DNA of 64,000 nucleotides, taken from positions 51,888,020 to 51,952,019 of the forward strand of contig NC_068991.1 of the NCBI RefSeq assembly GCF_001194135.2, in the 5' to 3' direction. Below are positions 62,692 to 64,000 of this stretch, piece after piece. The DNA is from Octopus bimaculoides. Taxonomy: Eukaryota. The translations under genes were made by a program, and so were the position numbers. The stretch's first letter is position 1. Each line of letters opens with the position of its first letter. The notes below the pieces were generated by a model. It was not told the DNA's origin. It searched no databases and saw only the letters and a list, made by a program, of their open reading frames with translations.

Positions 62692-64000
62692 TTGCGTGTA
62701 TTTGTTCGTGTGCACACTCTCATGCGCTGATTGAGACAGTCTTTAAAATTCAAACCGAATTTAGACGTATTATTTGAAGATAAAAGTCCTTTGTTGGAAC
62801 AGTCAGTTTTCTTTCTTCTTCTAGTCCTGAAAACACTCTATAGAAATAGATTTATGACACATTATTCTATGTCAATGTCTCTTTCATTATTTGGTATTTA
62901 TTAGAAGCCCTGGCTTTGATGTACGCATACAAAAGAAAGCAGTGTTGATGAAAATGGGGAGAAATAAAAAAAAGGCCATCTTTAATACATTAAAGATGAT
63001 AATAAATAGCCTGAACGCTAATGGCAAATCTCGTAACACATTGATCCATTAAAGAATTGTCAGGTCTTCATGTTATAATTTCAGTGAAGTTGACTTAGAA
63101 TGACTTTTCGTCTCTTCTCTAATATAAATCGACTAATTATAATCAGATTTATTATGTAACAAAACATTAGAGAGAGTAAACAAGTCTCCCTCGAATCGCA
63201 CCATCTTAGAAATAAGGACATGTTAGATAATATAGTCCAAGAAACATTTGTGTCCGAATAAGTGGCAGATGACCGGTTAGATCATTTTGATTGTTGACCT
63301 ACAGGATCAGAAGTCATAAGAACTGACCTTAAGATAGACAACAAAACAGTCTATCACTGCCAACTGTGACATATATATATCTTCATAAACTGTATTTAGG
63401 GTTAAGTGGGCAGAGTTACACAGAGTTACATGTGTTGTTTATGGACACTTTTTAGAGTTGTTCAGTTGTAAGTTGATGAAGTGAAGACTCAGATATTCAA
63501 ACATATAACGAAAAGAAACTGATTTATAATTAATTCAGTTTTTACTTCAGTCTTGAATATTGCGAATTCAAGCTCGGACAGGTTATGTTATCATGTTATC
63601 ATTTCAGGAACGAATAAAATTAGCATCAGAGAATCTACACCGCAGTAAATAATCTTCATGAGACAACGTTTAGTGTTCCATCAAGTTTAGAGACAACTGC
63701 AGATCAGGCAAGCCAAGATGACCAACTCCCAGGCGAGATATCGTTTTATCGATATCAGGCACTGACAAAGTACAAAACTAAAAAGAATAGCAATGAAAAT
63801 GGCCCTAGTCTGGCTGCAGAAATAACATGAAAGAGAATTTACCGTTTTATTAGCACCAGAGAGAAAGGGTGAAAGAGTGAGAGGTTTAACTGAACTCCGA
63901 ACATTGTTTTCAAGTTTCTTGTTATTTTTGCTTATTTTCCGCGCTAAACTTTAAACTATGTTTTACGACACTAACTCAAGATATTTGTTACTGACTGAGC

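Overview
Eukaryotic, AT-rich, repeat-dense window with many N gaps. The SINE, microsatellite and LINE content resembles a cephalopod (Octopus-like) genome; this is inferred from pattern recognition, not a database hit. No intact host gene, rRNA, true tRNA or CRISPR array is supportable. The window is a graveyard of decayed mobile elements: several tRNA-headed SINE families, Penelope-like elements (RT and GIY-YIG fragments, hammerhead-like motifs, fold-back ends), RTE, Tx1-like and R4/Dong-like LINEs, a Gypsy remnant with its 3' LTR, Helitron Rep/helicase fragments, and Tigger/pogo, mariner, Chapaev-like and MITE DNA transposons. Best leads: (1) a tRNA-like head joined by a fold-back hairpin to a minimal, dimer-type hammerhead ribozyme at ~10.0 kb, plus three weaker hammerhead-like motifs; (2) a SINE family whose TSDs nearly always contain AATAT(T) at the SINE 3' junction; (3) head-to-tail Dong-like copies in (TAA)n; (4) a young MITE with 28-bp perfect TIRs, an 8-bp TSD and internal TTAGGG repeats; (5) a Helitron with Rep and helicase in opposite orientations; (6) a pre-miRNA-sized hairpin at 30.3 kb. 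Most element boundaries are approximate (about +/-20 bp) unless TSDs or TIRs are quoted.
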